A stretch of DNA of 64,000 nucleotides from an uncultured virus (IMG/VR IMGVR_UViG_3300042338_000192) (IMGVR_UViG_3300042338_000192:1-64000), one strand, 5' to 3'. Positions 54,470-64,000 are shown, counted from the stretch's first letter. Notes: generated by a model not told the origin, from the letters alone. Translations and numbers: made by a program.

Positions 54470-56689
54470 ATGAGAATACAACTATTGAAGTCATTAAAAA
54501 GAAGGATGCAATTAGAAATAGCTCCTCAAAGTCCGCTAAAATTTCTAAAAGAAATTGACTTAGAAAGCGTATTAGATGTAATAATATCTAACGTATACTT
54601 ATACACTCGTCCAAAGAGAGGTGCTGTAAACAAACAAATATTAATGGTAGAAGTCATTAGCATTATTGGGCATTCAGTAAGACGAGGTTTAAAGAAAGAT
54701 TCATCTGTTGCGGCTAAGACTGGTGCATTCATACTATACTCATTTGAAGAGCTTGGAATGCTTAGAGCAGTACTAGGTTCTGCTGGTAATGGTCATGCAA
54801 CATATATTGTAGAAGTCTTAGATGATGCGACAATACAATTACTATGGGAAAGTGTAAGCAGAGAAGGTGCCAAGGGTAAATTACCTTCAGTAACACCATA
54901 TGAATCTTATACAGAATTCAAACACCCTACTGGACAAGTATTAGTCAAGACGGGTAATAAAGATGTTCCAACAAAATTAACACCTGCAACACATCCTATA
55001 GTATTTGATTCAGTAAATAAGAGCTTAAATACGGGTTGGCAAATAAACAAAGAAGTTTATAATGTTTCTAAATGGGCATTGAATAACCATACTGATGCAT
55101 TTAGTGATATATGGGAGCAGCAAAATCCTCAAGCTAAGACTACTAAATTAAGGGAAACAAAAGCTATTCTATCTATAGCAGATAAGTTCATGGATACTGT
55201 ATTTTACCATATGTATTACCTTGATTTCCGTGGAAGGAAATATCCAACAACGGCATATCTCCATGAACAATCTAGTGATATTGCTAAAGGTCTTTTAATG
55301 CGTCAAGATAAGAAAGTAATTGGTGAAGAGGGTTTCTTTTGGCTATGTGTATCTATCGCCAGTAACTGGGCAGGTTCATCAGGACGTGAAGATGGTGCAA
55401 AGACGGATAAGATCAATCTCAAAGACCGATATCAGTGGGTATTAGACAATCAAGAGATTTTATTATCATATGCAGAAAGTCCAAAAGTAAATCAAGGATG
55501 GATGTCAGGAGATAAGCCATGGCAATTCTTAAGTGCATGTATTGAATTAAGAAATGCTTTAAAATTGGGACCAAGATATTTAGAGTATGAGTCACATGTT
55601 GAATGTTTTATTGACGGATCAACGAACGGCTCACAACATTTATCTGCATTAACAAGAGATGAAATAACAGCTCCATATGTTAATTTAATTCCATTAGAAC
55701 TTCCAGGTGATTTATATGCATATGTTGCCGAACATGTATGGAATAAAATATCTAATGACATAGCAAGAATGCCAGCGGATTTAATCTTTCAATGTGAAGA
55801 TTTTATAGATGGCTTAATTAAATTAAAGAAAAAGATTACTGCATCCGAACCTAAGTCTGAAATTAGGAATCAACTAGTAGCTCAAATTAAAGCCTATAAA
55901 CAACAATGGGCTGATATTGGCTCTGTTGCAGCACCTGTATTTTGGAATCGTATAAAGGATTTGAAACAAAGAAGGAAGATAGTTAAAAGAAACACTATGA
56001 CTCTTCCTTATGGAGGTAGCAGCTATGGATTGGGAGAGCAACAAATCCTTGATGCAAAAAAGCATGGAATAGACTTGCTACTTCATATGGAGCATAAATG
56101 GGGAGCTTGGCTGGGCAGATTAGTATTTGAAGATTGTAAAGCTTCATTAGAGAAGCCAATGAGGCTGTTAAATATATTTGAGAATGCCGGAAGAAACTGT
56201 GAGAAAATTGAAGAATTTTTATCATGGAATGTTCCAATAGTAAACTTTCCTGTGGTACAAAATTATACAGAAGGTAAAGTTAAAAAGATTTATGTACAGT
56301 ATGGGCCACCAGTTGGGTCACGTAAATCTACAGGTTATTATGAAAACACTTTTCAATTAGCAATATGTTTTATTGAAGATGTGGTTCCTAGTAAAGGTAA
56401 GCAGTCTCAAGGAGCAGCACCTAACGTTATTCATAGTTTAGATGCAGCACACTTAGCACTTACTACACACCGTTGTGATTTTACAATTACAACAATTCAT
56501 GACAGCTATGGTTGTTTATTTGCTGACATGCCAAATCTCTTTAGAATAGTTCGCGAGACATTTGTAGAACTTTATAAAGATAATCCATTGTTTCCAATAA
56601 TGGATGATATTGACGGAGATCTTACTTATCTTGAGATGGGTGATCTTGATATTAATTTAATTCTAGAAAGCGAATACGCTTTCGCATAG
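54470..56689 (+). CDS. T7-type single-subunit DNA-directed RNA polymerase (short N-terminus)
   Basis: LDFRGRKYP, DKPWQFL, motif A ID382GSTNGSQHL, DLY, motif B RKIVK506RNTMTLPYG, APNVIHSLDAAHL, motif C TIHD678SY, C-terminal YAFA. Confidence 0.97.
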   Translation: MRIQLLKSLKRRMQLEIAPQSPLKFLKEIDLESVLDVIISNVYLYTRPKRGAVNKQILMVEVISIIGHSVRRGLKKDSSVAAKTGAFILYSFEELGMLRAVLGSAGNGHATYIVEVLDDATIQLLWESVSREGAKGKLPSVTPYESYTEFKHPTGQVLVKTGNKDVPTKLTPATHPIVFDSVNKSLNTGWQINKEVYNVSKWALNNHTDAFSDIWEQQNPQAKTTKLRETKAILSIADKFMDTVFYHMYYLDFRGRKYPTTAYLHEQSSDIAKGLLMRQDKKVIGEEGFFWLCVSIASNWAGSSGREDGAKTDKINLKDRYQWVLDNQEILLSYAESPKVNQGWMSGDKPWQFLSACIELRNALKLGPRYLEYESHVECFIDGSTNGSQHLSALTRDEITAPYVNLIPLELPGDLYAYVAEHVWNKISNDIARMPADLIFQCEDFIDGLIKLKKKITASEPKSEIRNQLVAQIKAYKQQWADIGSVAAPVFWNRIKDLKQRRKIVKRNTMTLPYGGSSYGLGEQQILDAKKHGIDLLLHMEHKWGAWLGRLVFEDCKASLEKPMRLLNIFENAGRNCEKIEEFLSWNVPIVNFPVVQNYTEGKVKKIYVQYGPPVGSRKSTGYYENTFQLAICFIEDVVPSKGKQSQGAAPNVIHSLDAAHLALTTHRCDFTITTIHDSYGCLFADMPNLFRIVRETFVELYKDNPLFPIMDDIDGDLTYLEMGDLDINLILESEYAFA

Positions 56690-56697
56690 GAGTTTAT

Positions 56698-56982
56698 ATG
56701 ACACAGCCACAAAGATTTACAATACATGAATACGCAGAATTGACTGGAACAACACCTAATACTGTTCGTACACGTATCGTAAAAAGTCAAGCAGATCCAG
56801 TAGATTCTATACGTAATAAAAACGGTAGCATAACTTATGTTTATAGTGGTGTTGATTTAAAAGCATGTATGCATAACTTAAGAAAGAAAGAGAGAGAAGC
56901 CATTGAGATCACAAATCCGATGTGCAAGTTTCTTGCTAACCCGATAATGCCTGTTGGCAAATGGTATGGATTTGCGGTATGA
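56698..56982 (+). CDS. Putative HTH DNA-binding protein
   Basis: FTIHEYAELTGTTPNTVRTRI; AGGAG RBS. Confidence 0.65.
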   Translation: MTQPQRFTIHEYAELTGTTPNTVRTRIVKSQADPVDSIRNKNGSITYVYSGVDLKACMHNLRKKEREAIEITNPMCKFLANPIMPVGKWYGFAV

Positions 56983-57182
56983 GCAATGTAATAGGTTTAA
57001 CACAACCAAAGAAGAAACACGAAGTAAAGATACTAAACATTGCTGTTGGCCATAAAGCTGACTACTCTGAACTACAAGCATTAATGGAATCTGAATATGA
57101 ATTAACAGATGTAATTACAACAGGTGGTACAGAAGGTTACCACGGATCTTACACAATTTTTATCTTACAAAAATGGGGTTAA
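56979..57182 (+). CDS. Hypothetical protein
   Basis: Start refined to ATG 56979 (ATGA overlap). Confidence 0.55.
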   Translation: MSNVIGLTQPKKKHEVKILNIAVGHKADYSELQALMESEYELTDVITTGGTEGYHGSYTIFILQKWG

Positions 57183-57183
57183 T

Positions 57184-57501
57184 ATGTTTATTTCAAAAGA
57201 AGAATCCAATGCTTTTTTGTTGAATAATTGCCTTGGGAAAAAGCTTTATGCACATGTTATTTGGAATTGTAATGGCGTTGTCGAAGTTGTTTCAACATTT
57301 ACAGAAAATGACATTAAAGATGTTTTTGAAGATTTTAACGGACGTGTGGAAGACTTCATGAAAGTGTGTCGTAGCTGCGACCCGAATTCTTTTTGTCAGC
57401 GAGTAGATCAAGAAGAGATTGATCCAGGATGTAATTTTGAAATCTTCATCGTCAAAGGCGATGATTGGTCTTATCAAATTAATTTCGTGGAGGTTTACTG
57501 A
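57184..57501 (+). CDS. Hypothetical protein
   Basis: Start refined to ATG 57184. Confidence 0.55.
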   Translation: MFISKEESNAFLLNNCLGKKLYAHVIWNCNGVVEVVSTFTENDIKDVFEDFNGRVEDFMKVCRSCDPNSFCQRVDQEEIDPGCNFEIFIVKGDDWSYQINFVEVY

Positions 57502-57502
57502 T

Positions 57503-57850
57503 ATGCCGACAACGATTGCAGAGTTACTTGTGGCAGCTTACGAGAAAATAGGCTACTTGACACTGACCGATGAAGATGCTGTATCAGGTCCAAAGGAAGT
57601 ATATACCCTGGGTTTGCATGCGCGAGTCTATTATCAAAATAAAGCTGCGCATGAGGTAAGTGGCCCTGTGTATGATATGATAAACACGATTATGGTTAAT
57701 CCAGTAACTGATGAAGTAGAGGTTTCTTTTGAGACAGCTAGTAGCTGTTGTGGTATTTCGGCTTGTGTGAATACCGAGGTAAATCCCTTACAGCTGTATT
57801 CACCAATTCCTCCGCGACTCATTGTTAAATTCTACAAAGAGCTGGAATAG
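57503..57850 (+). CDS. Hypothetical protein
   Basis: Start refined to ATG 57503 (GGAGG RBS). Confidence 0.6.
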   Translation: MPTTIAELLVAAYEKIGYLTLTDEDAVSGPKEVYTLGLHARVYYQNKAAHEVSGPVYDMINTIMVNPVTDEVEVSFETASSCCGISACVNTEVNPLQLYSPIPPRLIVKFYKELE

Positions 57851-57903
57851 CTAATAAAAGCCTGAGTATGCTTTAACTGCTCAAAACAAAAATGGAGGAA
57901 AGT

Positions 57904-58278
57904 ATGTTAACATCAATAGGTTGTCTCGTAGCTGTAATGTATTTCGAGGCAAGAAACCAACCAGTTGATACTATGTTAGGTGTAGGTCAAGTATTAATTG
58001 AACACGCACGTCCAGGAGAAAATCTATGTCATGTTATTCAACGTGATCCAGGTTTGTTTACATGGGCACGACATGGTATGAAAACACCCCACCCTAAAGG
58101 TAAAGCCGATAGAGATGTGTTGGATAAGCAATATGAATTGGCGCGAAAAATGTTATTCAGAAATCTCAGAACTACTAAATTAACAGAAGGCTATACGCAT
58201 TTTAATAATGTGCCTTTAGGCAAGCGCTTCAGAACAAATGTTAAAATGGTAAAAATTGGCGATTTATTATTTTTCTAA
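57904..58278 (+). CDS. Cell wall hydrolase, SleB/Hydrolase_2-like
   Basis: CLVAVMYFEARNQP..M.GVGQV...FTW...THF...KIGDLLF; GGAGGA RBS before ATG 57904. Confidence 0.8.
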   Translation: MLTSIGCLVAVMYFEARNQPVDTMLGVGQVLIEHARPGENLCHVIQRDPGLFTWARHGMKTPHPKGKADRDVLDKQYELARKMLFRNLRTTKLTEGYTHFNNVPLGKRFRTNVKMVKIGDLLFF

Positions 58279-58288
58279 GGAGAACCAA

Positions 58289-58555
58289 ATGGATAATATT
58301 CTGAGTACGATTAACTATGTTTTAAATTTAGAGATAGACGCATTTGAGGAATACGTCTGTGACCAGTGGAATGATGAAACATTCACACCACGAAATAAAC
58401 ATATGCTTGATAGAGCATTACTAGATAGTAATATTGATCATATGTATAAAACCGCTTACTTAGCTGGAGAAGAATATGTTACATTAGTAGCATTTGAGAA
58501 TAAAGTCAAGAGTCTGACTTTGAATCAACAACAACAATCGGCAATGTGGAAATAA
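58289..58555 (+). CDS. Hypothetical protein
   Basis: AAGGAG RBS before ATG 58289. Confidence 0.6.
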   Translation: MDNILSTINYVLNLEIDAFEEYVCDQWNDETFTPRNKHMLDRALLDSNIDHMYKTAYLAGEEYVTLVAFENKVKSLTLNQQQQSAMWK

Positions 58556-58690
58556 TTATGTTTAAAGATATTTGTCAAGCCATGTTTTCATTGGCGGTGG
58601 TAATACCATTATTTGTATTGCTATTCATTTTTTATATTCCTCTTAGAATCTTTGGAATTGATATATTAAAAATTATAGAGGTAAAAATAG

Positions 58691-58870
58691 ATGATGTCTT
58701 ACGGTGATATAGCACTATGGTGCTCATTACTTTTTGTAATGTATAAGAATATTCATTGGTATAAGGTTGCGCGTACACAATCTGAACTGAATGAAAAACT
58801 TCAAGATAAGATTGCTGAACTTGAAACGATTATAATTATTCATGGAATCAAAAATGAGAGTAAGCACTAG
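58691..58870 (+). CDS. Small membrane-anchored coiled-coil protein, 59 aa (not in ORF track)
   Basis: MMSYGDIALWCSLLFVMY...; GAGG RBS. Confidence 0.5.
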   Translation: MMSYGDIALWCSLLFVMYKNIHWYKVARTQSELNEKLQDKIAELETIIIIHGIKNESKH

Positions 58871-59048
58871 AGATGTAATGATTAGATTAGGTATCAACCA
58901 GATGCAACTAGGTATGGCATTGTATTCAGGACGATTACCTAATCATGGAGCAGATGCCACATGGGATAAAGAATCCATTGAACCATATTTAGTTAATTGG
59001 GAAAGACAACTTAAAGCTAAAGAAAGAACAGGTATAAGAAATGATTAG
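58842..59048 (+). CDS. Putative HTH/excisionase-like DNA-binding protein
   Basis: STRDVMIRLGINQMQL....SGRLP......W pattern. Confidence 0.55.
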   Translation: MESKMRVSTRDVMIRLGINQMQLGMALYSGRLPNHGADATWDKESIEPYLVNWERQLKAKERTGIRND

Positions 59049-59220
59049 TCAAATGCAATATCAATTATTAGAAGCTGTAAGCTGTAAACTTTTAGAAAAC
59101 ATGGTAGTAGAGCTATTGCACCAAGGTTGGATGCCACTGGGCGGAGTTGCAGCATGCGCACCTCCCGATGTTACTCCACTTTATGTTCAAGCTATGGTAC
59201 GAGATAATGCTAGTGCTTAA
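59041..59220 (+). CDS. DUF1737-like protein, 59 aa (not in ORF track)
   Basis: YQLL...LE..V..LL.QGW.PLGG...YVQAMVR. Confidence 0.6.
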   Translation: MISQMQYQLLEAVSCKLLENMVVELLHQGWMPLGGVAACAPPDVTPLYVQAMVRDNASA

Positions 59221-59352
59221 AGAAGAAGTAATTGAAGTACTTAGTTTGCTTAAGCTATTAAGAGCAATGCTAGGTGAAGGCAAAAGTGGATACGAGGATT
59301 CTGTAGCAACAGTTGATCGTTATATTAATTTATTTTCAGAATGGTTAAAAGC

Positions 59353-59751
59353 ATGATTACATTTAGACAAAACTCACATGTACGCGACTTCTTTTATGGA
59401 AAAGAAGATCATCCGCATTGGAAACCACTGTGGCAACACTTTTCAAACATCTTAATGAGCACACATGATGCTGCAGGTTACATTCATGAATTTGGCGGTA
59501 ATCTTCATATTCTAGAATCTTTTGGAGATTTCTTGCATGTAACATTTATGGGCATGGATGATAATGGTGTATTTAGAGAAACTAATCTTGCGTTAGATCC
59601 TGGTTCATTTGATATTGCTCGAAAAATCGAAGACTCTGACTGGTATGAGTTTCATTTCATCACTACAAATGCAGGCGGTCCGGTTTGGTTCATTCCAGAA
59701 GAACTTGCTAAAGTAAATGAAAACGTGCAAGAATCAGTAAATATTTCCTAA
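59353..59751 (+). CDS. Hypothetical protein
   Basis: ATG 59353 overlaps the upstream stop; C-terminal TNAGGPVWFIP. Confidence 0.6.
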   Translation: MITFRQNSHVRDFFYGKEDHPHWKPLWQHFSNILMSTHDAAGYIHEFGGNLHILESFGDFLHVTFMGMDDNGVFRETNLALDPGSFDIARKIEDSDWYEFHFITTNAGGPVWFIPEELAKVNENVQESVNIS

Positions 59752-59782
59752 TAAATGTGGGTCTCTATAAATGCTTAGAGAC

Positions 59783-59799
59783 CCCGTTAAATTAACCCT
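59783..59799 (+). promoter_or_regulatory. Repeated motif class A (putative phage RNAP promoter)
   Basis: CCCGTTAAATTAACCCT ending 29 nt before the SSB start; overlaps the hairpin GGGTCTCTA/TAGAGACCC. Confidence 0.7.
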
Positions 59800-59827
59800 A
59801 ATTCAGAAATCAAAAGAGAGAACAGCA

Positions 59828-60319
59828 ATGGCAAAGTTATATGACGTAGAAATTTATTTCGCTAAACTTGGTAAACCAAACGGCAAGTTTAATAAAGAAA
59901 ATCCTACATGGGAACTCCAAATTCGGACTACCGACAAAGAGAAAAAGAAAGAATGGGAAGCTATTGGATTGACTGTCAAGGCTATCGTTCCAGATGATGG
60001 TGATACATATTTCAGAGCTAATCTGAAAAAGAAGTCTATTAAATCAGACGGTACACCAAATGAACCTGTGAAATTGATTGATGGTAAATTAAGACCTATT
60101 GATCCCAACACGATTGGAAATGGATCCATCGGTAATATTCGTGTATTTGAATACGAATATAAAGATCCAATGGGGGTTACAAAGAAAGGCTTTACCCTTA
60201 TGACAGTACAATTAACAAAGCATATAGTATATACTCCACGTATCAGCGAAGATGATTTCGGTGAGACAGAATATGAACGTGAATTCAGCAGTAATGAAAC
60301 TGACGATGACGTATTCTAA
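59828..60319 (+). CDS. Single-stranded DNA-binding protein (T7 gp2.5-like)
   Basis: Start refined to ATG 59828. IGNGSIGNI motif; acidic tail ending in Phe (ETDDDVF). Confidence 0.8.
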   Translation: MAKLYDVEIYFAKLGKPNGKFNKENPTWELQIRTTDKEKKKEWEAIGLTVKAIVPDDGDTYFRANLKKKSIKSDGTPNEPVKLIDGKLRPIDPNTIGNGSIGNIRVFEYEYKDPMGVTKKGFTLMTVQLTKHIVYTPRISEDDFGETEYEREFSSNETDDDVF

Positions 60320-60323
60320 ATAT

Positions 60324-61028
60324 ATGATAAATTATACATACAAAATACTTAATAAAGATCACCAATTTGTAGCTTTTATTAGAGAATGTGAATTAGATAG
60401 TATGATTTCTAATTTTAAAGACGGATATTTTATAAAAGCAGAAACAAATAATATGCCGCTTCAAAGAATTTCTTTTATTAGAAATGTTGATGAACTTGAT
60501 GCGTGGTATGAACAAATAGATCGAAGACATTGGAAAAAGAAAGAGCGTACAATTTCATTTTTATATGATCTTCAAATAGTATATAAAGCAACTATTAATG
60601 AATATTTAAATGAGAATATTCGTGATGTTACTGAGTATAATTTAAACAATGACCATTTAACCGCAGTAATTACAGAAAGTAATGGAAACGAAATTGTATT
60701 CCATGACGAAGAAGCTTTAGATAATTATCTAATGAATTATCGTAAAAAAACTCAAGAAGTAAATAATGCAGTAGACCCTAAGCATTATAAGGGATATGTA
60801 GATGAATTACAATGGTTAGACACAATGAGTAGAATACCTACACTGCGTGATCCAGTGAAATTCGAAGCAGCAGTTGAATTACAAATAAGAAAATACCTTG
60901 ACCGTAATGGTCAAAAGGATGATTCTCTACAAGAACTCCAAAAAGCTTTATGGTACTTAAAGTACCTAATCGCCTATAAAAAGGCCGGCAGACCGATAAA
61001 GGTTGGAGAAGTAGAAAGCATCCTATAA
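60324..61028 (+). CDS. DUF3310-domain protein (T7 gp1.7-like, possible nucleotide kinase)
   Basis: C-terminal AVDPKHY...KYLDRNGQKD...ELQKALWYL. Confidence 0.7.
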   Translation: MINYTYKILNKDHQFVAFIRECELDSMISNFKDGYFIKAETNNMPLQRISFIRNVDELDAWYEQIDRRHWKKKERTISFLYDLQIVYKATINEYLNENIRDVTEYNLNNDHLTAVITESNGNEIVFHDEEALDNYLMNYRKKTQEVNNAVDPKHYKGYVDELQWLDTMSRIPTLRDPVKFEAAVELQIRKYLDRNGQKDDSLQELQKALWYLKYLIAYKKAGRPIKVGEVESIL

Positions 61029-61035
61029 CAAAATC

Positions 61036-61068
61036 GGCACCTCACTAATACTGGGGTGCCTTTTATTT
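61036..61068 (+). terminator. Probable intrinsic terminator
   Basis: GGCACCTCA-CTAATAC-TGGGGTGCC-TTTTATTT. Confidence 0.65.
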
Positions 61069-61079
61069 GGAAATTATAT

Positions 61080-62948
61080 ATGAATTATGTATTCGACATT
61101 GAAACCGATGGACTATTAAAAGACGTAACACAAATGTGGATCATGGTTGTTCATGATGTAAGTGCTAATAAGCGAATGCAATTTTTGCAAGGAGATATGA
61201 ATTGGATACAACTATTCAATAATGCTAGACAAGTTATGGGCCATAATATTATTGGATATGACTTAGCTGTATTAAAGAAGCTATTCAACTATGAATTACC
61301 TAAGAGCGTAAAAGCTGTAGATACACTTATTCTTTCACAAGTATTAGACTATAGGAGGTTCGGTAATGATGGGCATGGTTTAAAACGTTGGGGTGAATAT
61401 TTAGAGTTTCCTAAACAAGAGTTTGAAGACTGGTCTGGATATTCTGAACAAATGGGTGAATACTGTAATAACGACGTTTCATTAAATGTCAAGGTATTAG
61501 AGATATTAAAGCAGGAATTGATTGAAGTGTCTGAAAAGAATCCTAAAGTCAAAGAGTATATTAAAGTAGAACATGCAGTAAGTAAGTGGTGTGCCGAAGC
61601 TAACTTAGGTGGATGGCCATTTAATTTAGATAAAGCACATATACTTTATGACAGATTACAAGTTGAAATGGATAAGACGTATACTGCACTAAATTCAAAA
61701 CTTGGCTTAAAGATAGTCGCTGTAGATAAGAAACTTGGTATTGTAGAAGTAAAGAGACCTAAATATAGAAAGGATGGATGTTATGATGCGCATACTGCTC
61801 GGTGGTTTGATGTGGATCCTTGGAGTGGGTTCGATCCTGATGATCGCATTGTCGATGGTGAGTATTGCCGTATTCAAGTCGAACCTCTTAGTCTGGACTC
61901 GGTAACAGATGTAAAGATATTTCTATATAGACATGGTTGGGTTCCTAATGATTGGAATTATAAAGCTGATCCTATTACAGGAAGAAAAGCGAAAACTACA
62001 CCTAAGATTACAGAAGATAGTTTAGAATTCTTAGGTGGTGATGGTAAGCTCTATAAAGATTTCTTAACTGCAAAGGCTAGGCAAGGCATTTTAACAACAT
62101 GGTTAAAGAACGTAGATGCTCAAGGCAATCTGCACGGTGATTGTATGACAATCGGTACACCAAGTATGCGTGCTAGACACTCTATTATTGTTAACGTACC
62201 GTCAGGAGATTCACCATGGGGTAGAGAAATGCGGGAATTGTTCTCATGTAAGCCTGGCTGGAAGCTTGTAGGCTGTGATTCATCAGGTAATCAAGCTAGA
62301 GGCTTAGCACATTATTTGAATAATGCTACATTTATTGATACATTACTTAATGGTGATATCCATCAATTTAATGCTGATATTCTTACTGAGATCTTAAAGA
62401 AAGATTTAAAGATGAATTATGTAGTACCAAGAGCGAATGCCAAAAGAATTCTATACGCATTCTTATTCGGAGCCAGTGGTGGAAAGCTTTGGTCATATAT
62501 CTTTGGCTCGCATGATGATGTTAAAGGTAAGAAATTGAAATCAGGCTTTATTAAAGCTGTTCCAGGGTTTAAAGACTTAAGTGAAAAGTTGGAGAAAATA
62601 TATGGAAACACAAAGAAAAAGGGAGATGGTTATATACCTAGCTTGGCTGGTACTCGTGTGTATGTTGACAGTTTCCATAAGCTTCTTGTCTATCTACTGC
62701 AATCGGCAGAGAAAATTACTTGCGGAGCAGCATGTATGCTTGCAATGGAGCGACTCGAATCTGCAGGAATTCCGTACCAACCCTTAATTATGATGCATGA
62801 TGAAATTGACTTTATGGTGCCTGAAGAGTTTGCTGAACAAGCAGCAGAAATAGGTAAACAAGCTTTTGCAGACGGCCCAAAACTATTCGGTGTTGAGATT
62901 ATGGATGGTAGCGGAAAAATTGGCAATGACTGGTATGAGATTCACTAA
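61080..62948 (+). CDS. Family A DNA polymerase (T7-like) with 3'-5' exonuclease
   Basis: FDIETDG, GHNIIGYD, YCNNDV; motif A GCDSSGNQAR, motif B RANAKRILYAFLFG, motif C MHDEI. Confidence 0.96.
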   Translation: MNYVFDIETDGLLKDVTQMWIMVVHDVSANKRMQFLQGDMNWIQLFNNARQVMGHNIIGYDLAVLKKLFNYELPKSVKAVDTLILSQVLDYRRFGNDGHGLKRWGEYLEFPKQEFEDWSGYSEQMGEYCNNDVSLNVKVLEILKQELIEVSEKNPKVKEYIKVEHAVSKWCAEANLGGWPFNLDKAHILYDRLQVEMDKTYTALNSKLGLKIVAVDKKLGIVEVKRPKYRKDGCYDAHTARWFDVDPWSGFDPDDRIVDGEYCRIQVEPLSLDSVTDVKIFLYRHGWVPNDWNYKADPITGRKAKTTPKITEDSLEFLGGDGKLYKDFLTAKARQGILTTWLKNVDAQGNLHGDCMTIGTPSMRARHSIIVNVPSGDSPWGREMRELFSCKPGWKLVGCDSSGNQARGLAHYLNNATFIDTLLNGDIHQFNADILTEILKKDLKMNYVVPRANAKRILYAFLFGASGGKLWSYIFGSHDDVKGKKLKSGFIKAVPGFKDLSEKLEKIYGNTKKKGDGYIPSLAGTRVYVDSFHKLLVYLLQSAEKITCGAACMLAMERLESAGIPYQPLIMMHDEIDFMVPEEFAEQAAEIGKQAFADGPKLFGVEIMDGSGKIGNDWYEIH

Positions 62949-63253
62949 TGAATAAAGAACAATATCTACTTGTATGTTTAATGGAAGAACTCTCAGAAGC
63001 CGCACAGGAAGCGTCTAAATGTTTAAGATTCACACTTGATCATAAATATGAATTGTATGAAAAGACTAACAAAGAAAAGCTTAAATCAGAGCTATCTGAT
63101 GTACAAGCTATTTTAATACTTCTTTCATCAGAGTGTAATATTAGATTGAATTGCGAAAGAGTGCCTGATATCAGAGATAAGATTGATCGCACATTGCTAA
63201 GAATGAAATTGTCTCAGGAAATGGGAGTTTTAGATGCTGATAGCACTGATTGA
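62948..63253 (+). CDS. MazG-like nucleotide pyrophosphohydrolase
   Basis: LMEELSEAAQEASKCLRF...ELSDV. Confidence 0.7.
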   Translation: MNKEQYLLVCLMEELSEAAQEASKCLRFTLDHKYELYEKTNKEKLKSELSDVQAILILLSSECNIRLNCERVPDIRDKIDRTLLRMKLSQEMGVLDADSTD

Positions 63254-64000
63254 TGGCGATATACTTGCCCACAACTGCTGTTACAACCGTACTGATGGTG
63301 TCACATATCTTGATGATGAGGGTAACGTAATACCTCAAGTATTCACTAAAGAAGAAGATACAGAGTATCGTAAAGCAATATGGCGTAACTTTGAAAGTAT
63401 GTTAGAAGTGATTATGGAGGAGACATTTGCAAGTGATTACTGTATGGCTGTTAAGGGTGAAGGCAACTATAGAGACGAAATATTTGTAGACTATAAGAAG
63501 CATCGTACAGCTGGTCCACCTAATCTTTTTGTACCATTTGTAAGAAAGCTAGCAGTAATGCACGAGATCGCTATAGCTGCAGATGGACGCGAAGCTGATG
63601 ATTTATTACGTATATGGGCAAATGAATGTAGGTCTCATAATATAGATTATGTTATATGCTCAATAGATAAGGATCTATTAATGATCCCTGGAAAGCACTA
63701 TAATATAAAGCATAAAACAATTACAGAAGTCTCAGAGCTTGATGCTAAAAGAAACTTCTACGAACAAGTATTAAAAGGCGATGCCACGGATAATATACCT
63801 GGCATTTGGAAAATGGGGCCAGTGAAAGCATCAAAAGCTTTAGCACATTGCACAACAGATGAGGAATTCCAAGAGGCAGTAATTGAACAATATATAAAAG
63901 CTAATGGTGATGAATGGCCTGAATATCTATTAGCTAATGCAAAGCTTATCAACATACAGAATACATATGATGATTATTTCTGTTTTGATAACTGGCCATT
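63234..64000 (+). CDS. 5'-3' exonuclease (T7 gp6-like), 3' truncated
   Basis: MLIALIDGD, YKKHR, EADD, IDKDL, GDATDNIPG, GPVKA. Frame open to the window end, so absent from the ORF track. Confidence 0.9.
   Translation, partial: MLIALIDGDILAHNCCYNRTDGVTYLDDEGNVIPQVFTKEEDTEYRKAIWRNFESMLEVIMEETFASDYCMAVKGEGNYRDEIFVDYKKHRTAGPPNLFVPFVRKLAVMHEIAIAADGREADDLLRIWANECRSHNIDYVICSIDKDLLMIPGKHYNIKHKTITEVSELDAKRNFYEQVLKGDATDNIPGIWKMGPVKASKALAHCTTDEEFQEAVIEQYIKANGDEWPEYLLANAKLINIQNTYDDYFCFDNWP

Noticed and set aside
59771..59827. ORF-track upstream starts (e.g. 59771, 19763, 1202, 60252, 61056)
   Set aside because: They overlap motifs, terminators or upstream genes; downstream ATGs fit better.
1..64000. 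tRNA, rRNA, integrase, IS elements or alternative genetic code
   Set aside because: None was recognised by eye; ORFs tile the + strand in the standard code using all three stop codons. A tRNA scan was not run.

Overview
This 64 kb window is part of an AT-rich (roughly 35% GC by eye) tailed dsDNA phage genome with a siphovirus-type tail module. All credible genes are on the + strand. Gene order: terminase large subunit (5' truncated), a fibre/virion accessory block, a heme oxygenase + PcyX-type bilin reductase pair, a GH24 endolysin, the portal, a 1775-aa protein fusing a MuF (SPP1 gp7-like) minor head domain to a T7-type single-subunit RNA polymerase, then scaffold, capsid, head-tail and tail genes (with a lambda-type GGGAAAG -1 frameshift). 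These are followed by a 5895-aa tape measure protein, tail tip and adhesin, holin and PhoH. A 65%-GC non-coding island (possible genome end) precedes small early genes, a second shorter T7-type RNA polymerase, SSB, a family A DNA polymerase and a 5'-3' exonuclease (3' truncated). The most notable system is a two-polymerase transcription programme. One RNAP appears to be loaded into the capsid through its MuF domain and the other is expressed early. Two classes of repeated intergenic motif are candidate promoters: CGGAAAwArwGGTATCTTATATGA before the earliest genes, and CCCGTTrAATTAACCCT before the early, replication and capsid operons. All calls come from motif reading by eye; no database searches were run.
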